NCBI GenBank assembly: GCA_963766685.1
Contig: CAVYBJ010000017.1
Span: 248,107 to 312,106 of the forward strand
DNA length: 64,000 nucleotides
DNA from: an uncultured Chloroflexia bacterium
GTDB taxonomy: Bacteria; Chloroflexota; Limnocylindria; Limnocylindrales; CSP1-4
Direction: 5' to 3'
Shown here piece after piece: positions 40,142 to 51,012 of the stretch. Position numbers and translations under genes: made by a program. The notes under the pieces were generated by a model, which made no database searches, was not told where the DNA came from, and was given only the letters and a program-made list of their open reading frames with translations. Numbering within the stretch: the first letter of the stretch is position 1; every line of letters begins with the position of its first letter.

Positions 40142-42388
40142 GCCGCTCGGCCTTCCTCCACGGTCAGGGCCACCGTGCTGGCGCCGGCCGCGATGCGGTA
40201 GACGGCGGCCAGGGTGCGAGCCATCCGGCTGAGGGTGAAGCGGGCGTCCACCACCGACCTGGTGCGCTGACCTGTCGCCGCGTCCTTGGCGAGGCGCAGC
40301 ACCTCGTGGATGCCGGCCGCGATGGCACCGGGGTCGGACGTGTCCACGAGCGCGCCGGTGACGCCAGGCTCGACGTAGGTGGCAGGACCGCCGGTCAGCG
40401 GCGCCACGACGGGCAGCCCAGCCGCCATGGCCTCGAGGATCGCGAGACCGAACTCCTCCTTGAGGCTGCCACAGGCGTAGGCGCCGCCGGGCGCGACGAG
40501 GTCGCCCCAGCCATGCCTCGCGACGGCGAGGACCAGGCCAGCCTCGGCGTGGCGGCGGTGTCCGAGCAGGATCGACTCGGTCGCTGAGGCCCGCGTGCCG
40601 GCGCAAGAGCGCGCCGATGCGGGCCAGCTCGGCGGCCTCGCCGGCAGACGGGTCGTCGAGATCGCCTCCCACGAGGACGAGGTTCGCGGTCGCGCCCAGG
40701 GACGTGTCGAGGGCGAAGGCCTCGACGATGCGCGCCATGCCCTTGACCTCGTGCAGTCGGCCCGACGCTCACGACGATGGGCAGCCCGCGCCGCTGCCCG
40801 GGCAGTCGCTCGATGGCTCGCGCCAGGTCGTCCAGCACCTCCGCGCTCGCGCCGGCCGCCAGCGCGGACGCAGATCGCATCGGCCTGATGGGTATCCACG
40901 CCCTCGGCCACGACGGTGTGGCGCGGCGGACCGGCGGACAGGTCGATGCCCACGAGTTCGGCAAGCTGTCTCGCCAGGTCCGGTCGGGGCATGAGGGCCA
41001 GCTCACTGGGCCTCGCCGGCCAGCCGTTCCACGAGCCGGACGCGGTACCAGAGCGCCGCCTGGGCGTCCTGCGTCCCGAAGGTCCGCCGGTCGAGCGTGC
41101 CACGGCGCTCGGCGGCCGCGATCGGGCCGTGCGGGTCCGGGGCGAGCGTGAAGACGGTGGGGACACCAAGCTCGCGGGCCACGCGTGCTGCGGCCAGGCT
41201 GCCGGGGTCGGCCATGCGCAGGTGGAGGACGTCTGGCGTGCCTGATGCCAGCAGGGCGGCGCGGATGCCGCGCTCGGCTGCCACGAGCGAGGGCCAGGCA
41301 CTCGCGAAGCTGGCACCCTCGCCGTCTTCCAGGGGCACGTTCTCGAAGCGGTGGCCGCCCATCGCGGGCTGCTCGAGCAGGCGTTTGGCTGCCGGCACGC
41401 CGGGCAGTGCCCGGCCGATGCTGATGGTCTCGAGGATGCGCGGCTGCGAGGCCAGCGCTGCCCCCAGCCGCGGCAGCAGCGTGGCCACGCCTCCGGCATC
41501 GCCCATGCCGGCCCGGGTCGCCTCCGCGTCCAGGAAGGCGCCGAGATGGACCTGGGCGACCTTGAGGCCCTCGTCCCGTGTATGGCTGCGGCGCGGGCCG
41601 CGGTGTCGGAGCACCTGCAGGGCACGCGCCAGCCGCACGGCCTCGCCGATGCGGCCCCCCTGCGCGGCCAGGGACGCCACCGCGGGTGGCAGTCGTTCGC
41701 CGAGCCGATCGCCCAATGAAGCCACGGCCTCGACCCGCACCGCCGGCACCTCCGAGGCATCGGTGGCCAGGCGCTCAAGGAGCTGCCGAGCGGCAGGCCC
41801 GGGCACCAGGCCCGCGACCTCGGCCAGGTAGCGGCGCGAAGTCGCGACACCCGTGCGACGGAGCGCCGCGTCAAGGGCGACCACGACGGCTGACGCGATG
41901 TCCGCGTCAGCGCGTGCCCACCGCGCCAGGGCCTGCTGGGCGTGCATGCCGGCCAGGCCACCGCGCCCCACGGCGTCGGTGAGCGGCTCGATGAGTGCCA
42001 GCGACGCCGGCCGACCGCCCAGGGCCCAAGCGGCGTGGGCGTCCAAGCCGTTCACGGCCGTGCACAGCGACCCGGACAGCTCGCTCTCGACTCGGCGACC
42101 CGGGACCTGGCCAAGAGCATGGATGGCGGCCACCGCCGTGACCGTGTCTCGCTCGTCACGGATGGCCTCCAGGAGAGGCCCCAGCAGGAACGCCGGGTGG
42201 CTGCCTTCGCCGATGGCGGCGATGGCCGCCTCCTTGACCCGTGGGGCCAATCGGATGGCGGACAGGATGGTGGGTGCGCGCCGCACCGCATCGAGCGACG
42301 AGACCAGTGCCACTGGAGGTCTCGCCCACAGGGCTGGCCACGGGGGCGTGGCGGCGATGCGCGACGGGTCGTCGTGGACCGCGGACAC
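40138..42388 (-). CDS. Glycosyltransferase family 4 protein with an N-terminal HEAT/PBS-lyase repeat extension; 2-3 frame breaks
   Basis: The C-terminal EEFGLAILEAMAAGLPVV (E-x7-E) is the GT4 motif. The middle region (..ANLVLVGGDLDD..) and the N-terminal HEAT-like repeats lie in three different frames. Confidence 0.55.
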
Positions 42389-42448
42389 GTCAGCGTGCGG
42401 ACCTGCGCCAGTCGACCACCGCCTGGCGTCTGGCTGCCGAGGCGCACG

Positions 42449-43889
42449 TCAGGCGGCATGCCGCAGACTCCCCGCGCGTCCGTCGATGGTGGTGGTCGAG
42501 GCGTGCCGCGGGCCAAGGTAGGTGGCCAGGCCGGCCTCCAGCGGCGTGAGCGTGCGAGGCATGGCTCGAAGCAGGGGTTCGACATCCACGGTCGCCGGCT
42601 GGTTGACGAAGTCCACCCCGTCCGGGCTGAGGGGCGGGTCGGGCAGGAAGCGCATCGGCCAGGCGGCCAGCTTGATGAGGGGCGCCGGCCCAGGGATGAC
42701 GGGCTTGTGGATGCCTGCCACGCTCATGGCTCGGCCGATGACCTCTCGCATGGACATGGTCTCTGGACCGCCGACCTCGAAGACCTGCTCGAGGGCAGCC
42801 TCCTGCTCCAGCGAATCGGCCGCCAGGCGAGCCACGTCCCCGACGTAGACCGGGGCCAGCTGCTGGCGACCCAGGTTCGTGAGCGGGACGAAGGGCAGGG
42901 TCCGCGCGAACCCCAGGAAGCGATTGAGCGAGACGTCGCCAGGGCCGTAGACCCAGGTCGGTCGCAGGATGGTCCAGGCCATCCCGGAGCCGCGCACGGC
43001 GTCCTCCGCGACCGCCTTGGCGCGGAACCAGTGGCGCTGGGCGTCATGACCAGCACCCGCACCCGAGAGGTAGACGACACGGCGCACGCCGGCCTGCCGG
43101 CCGGCCGCGACGAGCTGCTGCCGTGCCGCCGGCATCGACTTCCATGAAGGTGTAGCCCTTCCTGGGCTGCTCGATGGGCAGGCCCGGGAACGCCAGCGAG
43201 ATGACCATCTCATCCACGCCCTCGAGTGCGGCGCGCAGGGCGGCCGGGTTCCGGATGTCGGCAGGTCGCAGCTCGATGTCGTCCGGCAGCTGTCCGCGGG
43301 CGGCCTCGCCCCTCGAGGAGAGGACGACGACGTGGCGTCCGCGACGGCGGAGCTCACGGGCGATCTCGCTGCCCACGAAGCCTGTCCCACCCGCGACGGC
43401 GATGGTGCCTGGGCGCCCACTCGCCGGGTCGCCGGCCGGCTCGAAGATCTGGTCGATGGCGGTGGCGCGAAAGGCGAAGATGTGCTCGAGCTGCGAACGC
43501 ACGACGAGGCGATGGCCGAGCTCGCCGACCGGACCGAACGGCAGTTCGTACTCGACGTGATCGTCCATGCGGACTCCGTCCGTCACGGGCGTGAAGCGAT
43601 GATCGTGGACCCAGGACTTGTATGGGCCCTTGGCCTGCACGTCACGGAAGCGCAGGGGAGCCTCGACCGCGTCGATGTGCGTCTGCCAGTGGGCGGGGAT
43701 GCCGAAGAGCGGTCGCACCGTGTAGTCGATGACGGCCCCGGTCTCCGTCACCGGGTCGGGCGTGTGGATGTCGAAGCCCATCGAGCGGGGGGTGATGCGT
43801 CCGAGGTTACGGGCCCGGGAGAAGAAATCCCAGACTCGGTCCAGGTCTGCCTTCACGATATGACTGCTGTCGAGCGTGTGCTTGGTCAT
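42449..43889 (-). CDS. SRPBCC (cyclase/dehydrase) domain fused to an NAD(P)-binding NmrA/epimerase-like domain; one frame break near 43110
   Basis: N-terminal SRPBCC fold, then a Rossmann segment IAVAGGTGFVGSEIARELRRRGRHVVVLSSR, then a C-terminal NmrA-like part in the second frame. Confidence 0.6.
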
Positions 43890-43906
43890 CGAACCGTTCC
43901 ATATGT

Positions 43907-43939
43907 GTATAGGGTTTGTATAGACTGAGGATAGGGCAG
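43907..43939 (+). promoter_or_regulatory. Three 11-bp direct repeats (TGTATAGGGTT / TGTATAGACTG / AGGATAGGGCA), a candidate CarH operator upstream of the photolyase gene
   Basis: GTATAG, GTATAG and GGATAG are spaced exactly 11 bp apart, about 90-120 bp upstream of the phr start. The 10-mer GTACAATGTT follows at 43963-43972. Confidence 0.5.
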
Positions 43940-44028
43940 CCGCGAGCGAGTGTCAACCATCTGTACAATGTTCTGGCGGTCGCAGGGGTCGCCGATCGCC
44001 AGGACAGGGCAACGGCCGGAGGTACAGG

Positions 44029-45462
44029 TTGGAGGAGTCGATCGACACCGCCATCGTCTGGTTTCGGCGCGACCTGCGGGTCACCGACCATCCGGCTCTC
44101 AGCACGGCGGCGGCCAGTGCACGATGGGTCATCCCGCTCTTCGTGCTCGACGAGCGGCTCATGACCGGATCGATGGCCGCGCCGGCACGTACGTGGTTCC
44201 TGCTGCGATCGCTGGCGGAGCTCGATGCCTCGCTGCGTGCGCGCGGCAGCGGCCTGCTCGTGCGGAGCGGACGCCCGGAGGATGTCGTGCCGAGGCTGGC
44301 TCACGAGACCGGTGCCTCCACCGTCCTGGCGACCCGAGACGTCACCCCCTTCAGCCACCGACGCGACCAGGCCGTTTCAGCGGCGCTCGAGCGCGACGGC
44401 CGTCGCCTCCGGCTGCAGCCCGGCCTGCTGCTGGCCGAGCCAGAGGCCATGCACACCGCCGCGGGCCGCCCATACAGCGTCTTCACGCCCTTCTGGAAGG
44501 CGCTCCAGCAGGCCTCCCGCCGACGACTGCTCCCAGCCGTCGGGGCCATCCGTACCCCAGCCGATCTCCTGGCTGGATCGCTGGGGGTCACTGCCGCGCT
44601 GGCTGATCGCGAGGCACCGCATCTCGGGTTGCCGGAGCCGGGTGAACCGGCCGCGCAGCAACGCCTCATGGCCTGGGTGCTCGAAGGGCTCCCCGGCTAC
44701 GGTCGCGGCCGGGACGGACTCGATGGCCAGGCCACCTCGCGCCTGGGGCCCGACCTCCACCTCGGCACGCTGTCGCCGCTGCAGGTGGAGCGTGCCGCCC
44801 TGGAGGTGGGGGAGGCGGGCCAGCCGTTCGTGCGGCAGGTCGCCTGGCGCGAGTTCTACCACCACCTGCTCTTCCATCGACGCGCGGCCGTCGACCCCGT
44901 GGCCGACAGCCCCTTCATGGCCATCTTCCGTTCCGAGCGGGAAGACCCCGATGCGGTCGCCGCGTGGCGCGAAGGACGCACGGGCATCCCGGCCGTGGAC
45001 GCCGGGATGCGCCAGCTGGCCACGACCTCGTGGCTGGGCAACCGGGCACGCCTGGTGGTGGCCTCCTTCCTGACCCGTCACCTGCTCATGGACTACCGCA
45101 TCGGCGAGCGTCACTTCATGCGGCACCTCATCGATGGCGATGTCGCGAACAACGCGGGTGGCTGGCAGTGGACCGCGGGCGTGGGCGCGGACCCGCAGCC
45201 CTGGTTCCGTGTCTTCAACCCGGTCCTGCAAGGGCAGCGCTTCGATCCCGACGGTGACTGGGTGCGCCGCTGGGTGCCCGAGCTTGGCCAGGTCCCGGCA
45301 CGTCACGTCCACGCGCCGTGGGAGATGCCCGACCATGCCGCGGCTGCCGTGGGCGTCCGCCTCGGTGAGACCTATCCGAGGCCCATCGTGGACCTGCACG
45401 CGGGTCGCGAGCGCGCCCTGGCAGCCTTCCGCTCGATCTCAGGCGCCCCGGATCGCCCCTGA
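44029..45462 (+). CDS. phr: Deoxyribodipyrimidine photolyase / cryptochrome family protein
   Basis: IVWFRRDLRVTDHPAL N-terminus and a C-terminal FAD-binding domain (..WREFYHH.., ..GWQWTAGVGAD..). Confidence 0.9.
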   Translation: MEESIDTAIVWFRRDLRVTDHPALSTAAASARWVIPLFVLDERLMTGSMAAPARTWFLLRSLAELDASLRARGSGLLVRSGRPEDVVPRLAHETGASTVLATRDVTPFSHRRDQAVSAALERDGRRLRLQPGLLLAEPEAMHTAAGRPYSVFTPFWKALQQASRRRLLPAVGAIRTPADLLAGSLGVTAALADREAPHLGLPEPGEPAAQQRLMAWVLEGLPGYGRGRDGLDGQATSRLGPDLHLGTLSPLQVERAALEVGEAGQPFVRQVAWREFYHHLLFHRRAAVDPVADSPFMAIFRSEREDPDAVAAWREGRTGIPAVDAGMRQLATTSWLGNRARLVVASFLTRHLLMDYRIGERHFMRHLIDGDVANNAGGWQWTAGVGADPQPWFRVFNPVLQGQRFDPDGDWVRRWVPELGQVPARHVHAPWEMPDHAAAAVGVRLGETYPRPIVDLHAGRERALAAFRSISGAPDRP

Positions 45463-45479
45463 CCACATGGCCGGGCCGT

Positions 45480-46982
45480 TCATCCGGAGGTCTCTTGCTC
45501 AGCCTTTGCCCGCTCCGCCCGTCTCACGAGCTCGCGGATGGAACCTCGGAAGATGAGCAGGTGGGCCGGTAGCAGCGCGTACCAGTAGAGCAGCCCGCTG
45601 AGGCCGCGGGGTTCGAAGAAGGCCGTCTGCACGAGCAGGCTGCTGTGTTCGTCACCACTGACCTCGTACTGCAGCCATGCCCGGCCGGGCAACGTCATCT
45701 CCGCCCTGAGGCGCAGCAATTCCGGTCGGCGCACGGACTCGACGCGCCAGAAGTCCACGGCGTCACCGACGCGCACGCGGTCCGGGTCGCGCCGACCAAG
45801 GCGCATCCCTGGTCCACCGACCGCTCGATCCATGAGGCCGCGGATCCTCCACAAGGGGTTGGCATACGGCCAGCCGGCCGCACCTCCCAGCCGCTCGACC
45901 TCGGCGAAGGTGACGGCAGCTCCGGCGCGAACGGAGCGACGATGGCGGTCCACGATCATGCCCTCTCGAGAGCGCTCGGCGGCCAGGTCCGTACGACCGT
46001 GAACACCCAGCGAGTCGAACCAGGTGGTCTCGACGTCGTGGCCCTCGACGCGCTCGATGGCCCTGCGCACGGCCAGCTCGAATGGGGTCGCGGCGACGCC
46101 GAAGGCCGCTGACGGGACTGGGTCACGAACCACCACCTCGTGACGCAGGCCTTCGATGAGTGGTCGGGCGATCGAACTCGGGACGGGGGTCACGAGGCTG
46201 CACCAGTAGGAGCTCAGGCGGGGTGTCAGGACGGGCACCGGGATCATGAGTCGCCTCATGCCCCGCAGGCGCGCGTAGGTCTGCATCATCTCGGCGTAGG
46301 AGAGGACGTCCGGCCCGCCGATCTCCACGACACCCGCGCGCTCGGGATGGCCGGCCGCGGCGGTCAGGTAGTCGAGCACGTCGCGGATGGCGATGGGCTG
46401 GCAGAGCGTGCGCACCCAGCGTGGCGTGATCATGACCGGCAGGTGCTCGACAAGGCTGCGCAGCAGCTCGAAGGAGGCGCTCCCGGAGCCGATGACGATG
46501 GCGGCCCGGAACTCCGTCACGGGGACGCCGTGCGCGGCCAGCTCCGCCCCCACCTGCTGGCGGCTGGCGAGATGCGCGGAGAGCTTGCTGTCAGGGTCTC
46601 CGAGTCCGCCGAGATAGACGATGTGGCCGAGGCCGGCGTCCCTGGCTGCCCGCGCGAACGAGCGCGCCGCGAGCAGGTCGCGCCGCTCGAAGCCGGCTTC
46701 GCCGCCGGCCATCGAGTGTGCCAGGTAGTAGGCCAGCTCGACCCCCTCCAGGGCAGCCGGCAGGGTCGTCGGGTCCAGCAGATCCAGGCGCACGACTTCC
46801 GCCGTGGGGAAGCGATCCGCCAACCCACGCGTGTCCCGGCTGGCCAGCCGCACCTGGTGGCCCCGCTCCACCAGTCGTGCGGCCAGGCGGCCGCCGACGT
46901 ACCCGCTGGCACCGACCACCAGGATGCGCATCGGCGCTGCCGCAGGGATGGCTCCCCGATCGAGCGTCGATGCCTCGCTCAT
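45480..46982 (-). CDS. NAD(P)-dependent SDR-type oxidoreductase with a C-terminal DUF2867 domain
   Basis: MRILVVGASGYVGGRLAARLVERGH Rossmann motif. The C-terminal 160 aa match the DUF2867 pattern. Confidence 0.75.
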   Translation of the reverse strand: MSEASTLDRGAIPAAAPMRILVVGASGYVGGRLAARLVERGHQVRLASRDTRGLADRFPTAEVVRLDLLDPTTLPAALEGVELAYYLAHSMAGGEAGFERRDLLAARSFARAARDAGLGHIVYLGGLGDPDSKLSAHLASRQQVGAELAAHGVPVTEFRAAIVIGSGSASFELLRSLVEHLPVMITPRWVRTLCQPIAIRDVLDYLTAAAGHPERAGVVEIGGPDVLSYAEMMQTYARLRGMRRLMIPVPVLTPRLSSYWCSLVTPVPSSIARPLIEGLRHEVVVRDPVPSAAFGVAATPFELAVRRAIERVEGHDVETTWFDSLGVHGRTDLAAERSREGMIVDRHRRSVRAGAAVTFAEVERLGGAAGWPYANPLWRIRGLMDRAVGGPGMRLGRRDPDRVRVGDAVDFWRVESVRRPELLRLRAEMTLPGRAWLQYEVSGDEHSSLLVQTAFFEPRGLSGLLYWYALLPAHLLIFRGSIRELVRRAERAKAEQETSG

Positions 46983-46998
46983 GGCCGGCTCCTTCGGC

Positions 46999-48180
46999 TC
47001 ACGCCAGGCCGCGGCGCTTCTGGAAGGAGATCTGGAGGTCCTGGGTCATGCCGGTGCGGAAGCCCGCCTCGCTGATGGACAGGTAGTAGTCCCACATGCG
47101 GATGAAGCGGTCGTCGAAGCCCATGGCGCGCACCTCGCCGAGGTGTGCGAAGAAGCTCGTCCGCCACGTCTGCAGGGTGCGCGCGTAGCTGTCGCGGATG
47201 TCCTGCACGTCCGGTCACCAGCAGCTGCGTCCCCTCCAGCGAGGCCTCGATGGCCGCCAGGGAGGGCAGCACGCCGCCCGGGAAGATGTAGCGCTGGATC
47301 CAGTTGGCGCCCCGCAACTGGGCCTCGTACGCGTCATGCGGGAAGGTGATGACCTGCACGCTCATGCTGCCGCCGGTCTTCAGCGCCTTCCCGCAGGCGC
47401 TGAAGAAGTCGCGGTAGTACTCGGCCCCGACCGCCTCCAGCATCTCGATGGAGACGATGGCGTCGTAGGTGCCCTGCACGTCGCGGTAGTCGCGAAGCTG
47501 GATATCCACCTGGTCGCTGAGCCCGGCTGCCGCGATGCGCGCGCTGGCCAGCTCGTGCTGTGCCTGGCTGATGGTCAGGCTGGTCACTCGGCAGCCCAGC
47601 TCGCCGGCGGCATACAGCGCGAAGCCGCCCCAGCCGGTGCCGATCTCGAGCACGTGCTGCCCGCGCTCGAGGCCGGCCAGCTCGGCCATGCGGCGGTACT
47701 TGTTGCGCTGGGCGTCAGCCAGCGATTGCTCGCTCGATTCGAAGACGGCGCTCGAATAGGTCATCGTCTCGTCGAGCCAGAGCCGGTAGAAGTCGTTGCC
47801 CAGGTCATAGTGGGCCGTGATGTTGCGCCGTGCCCCAGCGCTTCGTGTTGCGGTTGCGCCGGTGGGCGATCGTCCGGCCGACCTGGGCCGGAAGGCGCCA
47901 CCAGCCCTTGGACAGGGCCAGGTCGGTCCGATTGGCCACCGCCAGGGAGATGAGCCCCACGAGGTCCGGACTCGACCAGAGGCCATCCATGTAGGCTTCA
48001 CCACCGCCGACCTCGCCGCCCAGGAGGAGCCGTCGGAGCGCATCCAGGTCGTGGATGTGCATCTCGCCGCGCAGCTCGGAGTCGCGGTCACCGAAGACTC
48101 GTCTCGAGCCATCAGGCAACCGTACCGTCAGGCAGCCGCGGCGGATGCGCGAGGCGGCGGCCAGGCCGATGCGCCCGGCA
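46999..48180 (-). CDS. cfa: Cyclopropane-fatty-acyl-phospholipid synthase family methyltransferase; 2 frame breaks near 47215 and 47815. The boundary with the upstream DUF1365 gene is approximate
   Basis: GEAYMDGLW, HYDLGNDFYRLWLD, VLEIGTGWGGFALYAA (SAM motif), and C-terminal ..ARTLQTWRTSF..RMWDYYLSISEAGF. Confidence 0.7.
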
Positions 48181-48980
48181 ACGGTCGTGAGCAGGGGGTC
48201 GAGTGGCCCGGCCAGGCGGTCCAGGCGCATCAGGTCGGTCAACGCGTCAACTCCGAGTGGCGGTGGAAACGGATGCCTCGGCGCCACAGTCGCCAGGCGT
48301 GCAGGTGGATGGCCGTGATCGTCTTGTGGGTCGCGAAGGGGATGCGAAGCAGGCACCGGGCCAGCGTGCGGTCGGTCAGACGCGCTCGCTGCAGCAACGA
48401 GGCTGGCGGTGAGCACGGGCTGTCCGTGCTCGGTCTCGGACATGGCGATGCGCAGGAGCCCGGGGTCGTCCTGGACGCGCACCGTGTAGCGAGCGTCCAT
48501 GTCGATGAACGGCGAGACGTAGAAGTCCTTGTCCATCTCGTCCACCCAGCCCGAGCCGCGCCGTTCCGGGCGCAGCGTGTAGAGACGTCGCTCGCCGTGC
48601 GTGTTGTGCACTTCGATGATGAAGGCGCGCAGGACACCCTCTCCGTCGCGACAGAGGTAGAAGCTCGCCGGGTTGAACTGGTACCCGAAGATGCGCGGCG
48701 TGGCGATGAAGGTGATGCGCCAGCCCTGGGGGTCGAAGCCTTCATCCCCGAGGTGCTGTCGGACCGAGACAGCCAGGTCAGCGGCAGCTGGGAGCCAGTG
48801 ATCCCGATCGCGGAAGGTGAGCACGTTGAGGCGGTTGCGGCTCAGGAGGCGCAACCTGCCGACCACGGCATCGATCTCGGACAGATCGAGCGCCAGGTAG
48901 AAGACGTCGTGCTCCAGCTCATACTCGATGGGTCGCAGACGCCGGTGCCGGACCTTGCCGTGCAGCAGGTGCGAGCGCAT
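48180..48980 (-). CDS. DUF1365 family protein
   Basis: MRSHLLHGKVRHRRLRPIEYELEHDVFYLALDLSEID N-terminus typical of DUF1365. I found no stop before the cfa N-terminal region in this frame. Confidence 0.6.
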
Positions 48981-49033
48981 GGCAGGCGACCGAGCCTGCC
49001 CACGACCCCTCGGCGCTCCGGGCTGGCTGGTCG

Positions 49034-50368
49034 TCATGGCGTTCGTGCTCCGACGACAGGGATCGCGCCGACCGGCGTGGCCTCGACCTCAGCGGCGCTC
49101 ACGGTCCTCTCCAGGATGCCCGCCGCGATCCGCTCGGCAGCCTCGAAGCCGGAGCGGCAGCCGTCCTCGTGGAAGCCATAACCGAGGTGCGCCCCGGCAT
49201 AGAGGGTGCGCCGGTGTCCCTGCAGTCGGCCCAGCGCGGTCTGGCCATCCAGCGTCCGGAAGGTGTACTTGGGGTGGCTCATGGCCCGCGTCACGATGAC
49301 CGTGGCGGGGTCCACGAGGTCGCCCGGGTTGACCGAGGTGCAATACGCGGTCTCGCCGGGCAGGTGCTGGAGGCGGTTCATGAAGTAGGTCATGGTGAGC
49401 TGTCGTCCAGGCCTGCGGCAGTCCACGGTGTCCACGTTCCAGGACTCCCGCGCCCCCTCGCGACGCGGCAGCATCGACTCGTCGGTGTGGAGGACCACGT
49501 CGTTCGTGGTGTACTCGAAAAGGCCGAGGGCGTCGCGCTCCTCGTCATCGGCATCGACCAGGAGGGCCAGGGTGACGTCAGCGTGGGTGGCCATGATGAC
49601 GCCGTCGAAGCGCCCGCTGGCACCGCTGGCGGTGACCACGGTCACGCCGTCGGGGGCGCGCAGGACCCTGACCACCGGGTCGCCAGCGCGGATGGAACCC
49701 TCGGGCAGTCGATCCTGGATGCGCTCCACGTAGGTCTTCGAGCCGCCCTTGATGGTGCGCCAGGGATGCCCCTTGCCGAACCCGATGAGACCGTGGTTGT
49801 CCAGGAAGCGCAGCAGGTAGTCGACGGGGAAGTCCATGATCTCCGCCGCGGAGGTCGACCAGACCGCCGAGACGACCGGAACCAGGAAGTGACTGCGGAA
49901 GGCGATGCCGTAGCCCCCCTCGTCAAGGAAGGCGCCCAGGGTCTCTCGCGTCCAGAGGTCCGCGTCGAGGCGCGCCCGCGCCACCCTGTAGAAGCGGCGG
50001 ATGTCGGCGATCATGCGCCAGTGGGAGGCGTGCAGCAGGCTGGACGGCTGCGCGAACATGCCACGCACTCCGAGCGAGCTGAACTCCAGGCCGCAGGCGC
50101 GACAGGTATGCCCCAGCGACATCTCCGTGGGCTGGGTCTCAACGCCCAGCTCGGCGAGCAGCCTGGTGAAGCGCGGATAGGTGGGCTCGTTGTAGACGAT
50201 GAAGCCGGTGTCCACGGCGAGGGGGCCGTCCGGCGTGGCCACGGCCACGGTCTTGACGTGTCCGCCTGGCTCCGGCTCGGCCTCGTAGAGCGCCACGCGG
50301 TGTTCCTCACGGAGGGCGTAGGCTGCCGACAGACCGCTGATGCCCGACCCGATGACCGCGATATCCAT
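49034..50368 (-). CDS. FAD-dependent oxidoreductase (amine-oxidase-like)
   Basis: [19 protein letters not shown] dinucleotide-binding motif. Conserved partner of DUF1365 and cfa. Confidence 0.8.
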   Translation of the reverse strand: MDIAVIGSGISGLSAAYALREEHRVALYEAEPEPGGHVKTVAVATPDGPLAVDTGFIVYNEPTYPRFTRLLAELGVETQPTEMSLGHTCRACGLEFSSLGVRGMFAQPSSLLHASHWRMIADIRRFYRVARARLDADLWTRETLGAFLDEGGYGIAFRSHFLVPVVSAVWSTSAAEIMDFPVDYLLRFLDNHGLIGFGKGHPWRTIKGGSKTYVERIQDRLPEGSIRAGDPVVRVLRAPDGVTVVTASGASGRFDGVIMATHADVTLALLVDADDEERDALGLFEYTTNDVVLHTDESMLPRREGARESWNVDTVDCRRPGRQLTMTYFMNRLQHLPGETAYCTSVNPGDLVDPATVIVTRAMSHPKYTFRTLDGQTALGRLQGHRRTLYAGAHLGYGFHEDGCRSGFEAAERIAAGILERTVSAAEVEATPVGAIPVVGARTP

Positions 50369-50423
50369 GATGCTCGACTCTCCCCCGAGTGTGATGCACG
50401 CATTGACGCGTCGCCGTGTCCAA

Positions 50424-50454
50424 GGATAGTACAATGTTTGTAGAACGTCTATCC
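50424..50454 (+). promoter_or_regulatory. Inverted repeat GGATAG-N19-CTATCC enclosing GTACAATGTT in the divergent FAD-oxidoreductase/SRPBCC promoter
   Basis: Seen directly. It shares the 10-mer GTACAATGTT and GGATAG/GTATAG elements with the phr upstream region. Confidence 0.4.
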
Positions 50455-50475
50455 CGTACCGATCGGAGGATCTCG

Positions 50476-51006
50476 ATGACCACGCTGGTCGAGCATGTCA
50501 CGACCCCCCTGCCACGTGAAGCGGCCTTCGCCTACGTGGCCGATTTCTCCCGCCAGGCCGAGTGGGATCCCAACACCGTCTCGTCGAAGCGCATCGACGA
50601 TGGCGACCTCGGTGTCGGCGCCCGCTTCGCCCTGAACGTGAAGATGGGTACCCGGACCACACCGATGGAGTACCGCATCACCGAGTATCAGGCACCTTCC
50701 AGGGTCGTGCTGATCGGCGAGGGCTCGGGTGTCTGGAGCCAGGACATCATCACCTTCAGCGATGACCCGGAGGGCACCCGGGTCGACTACGTGGCCGAGA
50801 TCAAGCTCTCCGGGCTGCTGGGTGTCATCCAGCCGCTCCTTGGCCGTGCCTTCGCCGGCATCGCCAAGGGCGCCGTGACCGGCATGAAGCGAGAGCTGGA
50901 CGCCCTGGCGGCGCGCGGGGATGGCGTCAGAGCCAAGGATGCCGCCGGCACGGGCGCCGCCGGCACGGGCGCCGCCGGCACGGGCGCCGCCGCTGGCCAG
51001 GACTGA
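50476..51006 (+). CDS. SRPBCC family protein
   Basis: Polyketide cyclase/START-like fold. GGAGGA ribosome-binding site. The C-terminal tail has a 3 x 15-bp repeat encoding AGTGA. Confidence 0.7.
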   Translation: MTTLVEHVTTPLPREAAFAYVADFSRQAEWDPNTVSSKRIDDGDLGVGARFALNVKMGTRTTPMEYRITEYQAPSRVVLIGEGSGVWSQDIITFSDDPEGTRVDYVAEIKLSGLLGVIQPLLGRAFAGIAKGAVTGMKRELDALAARGDGVRAKDAAGTGAAGTGAAGTGAAAGQD

Positions 51007-51012
51007 CCGCTC

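Noticed and set aside
43935-43975. ECF-sigma type promoter (GGAAC-N16-GTT) upstream of phr, as in sigmaE-ChrR regulons
   Set aside because: Only GAAC...GTT with a 12-nt spacer is present on the wrong strand, with no convincing match. The CarH-type direct repeats fit better.
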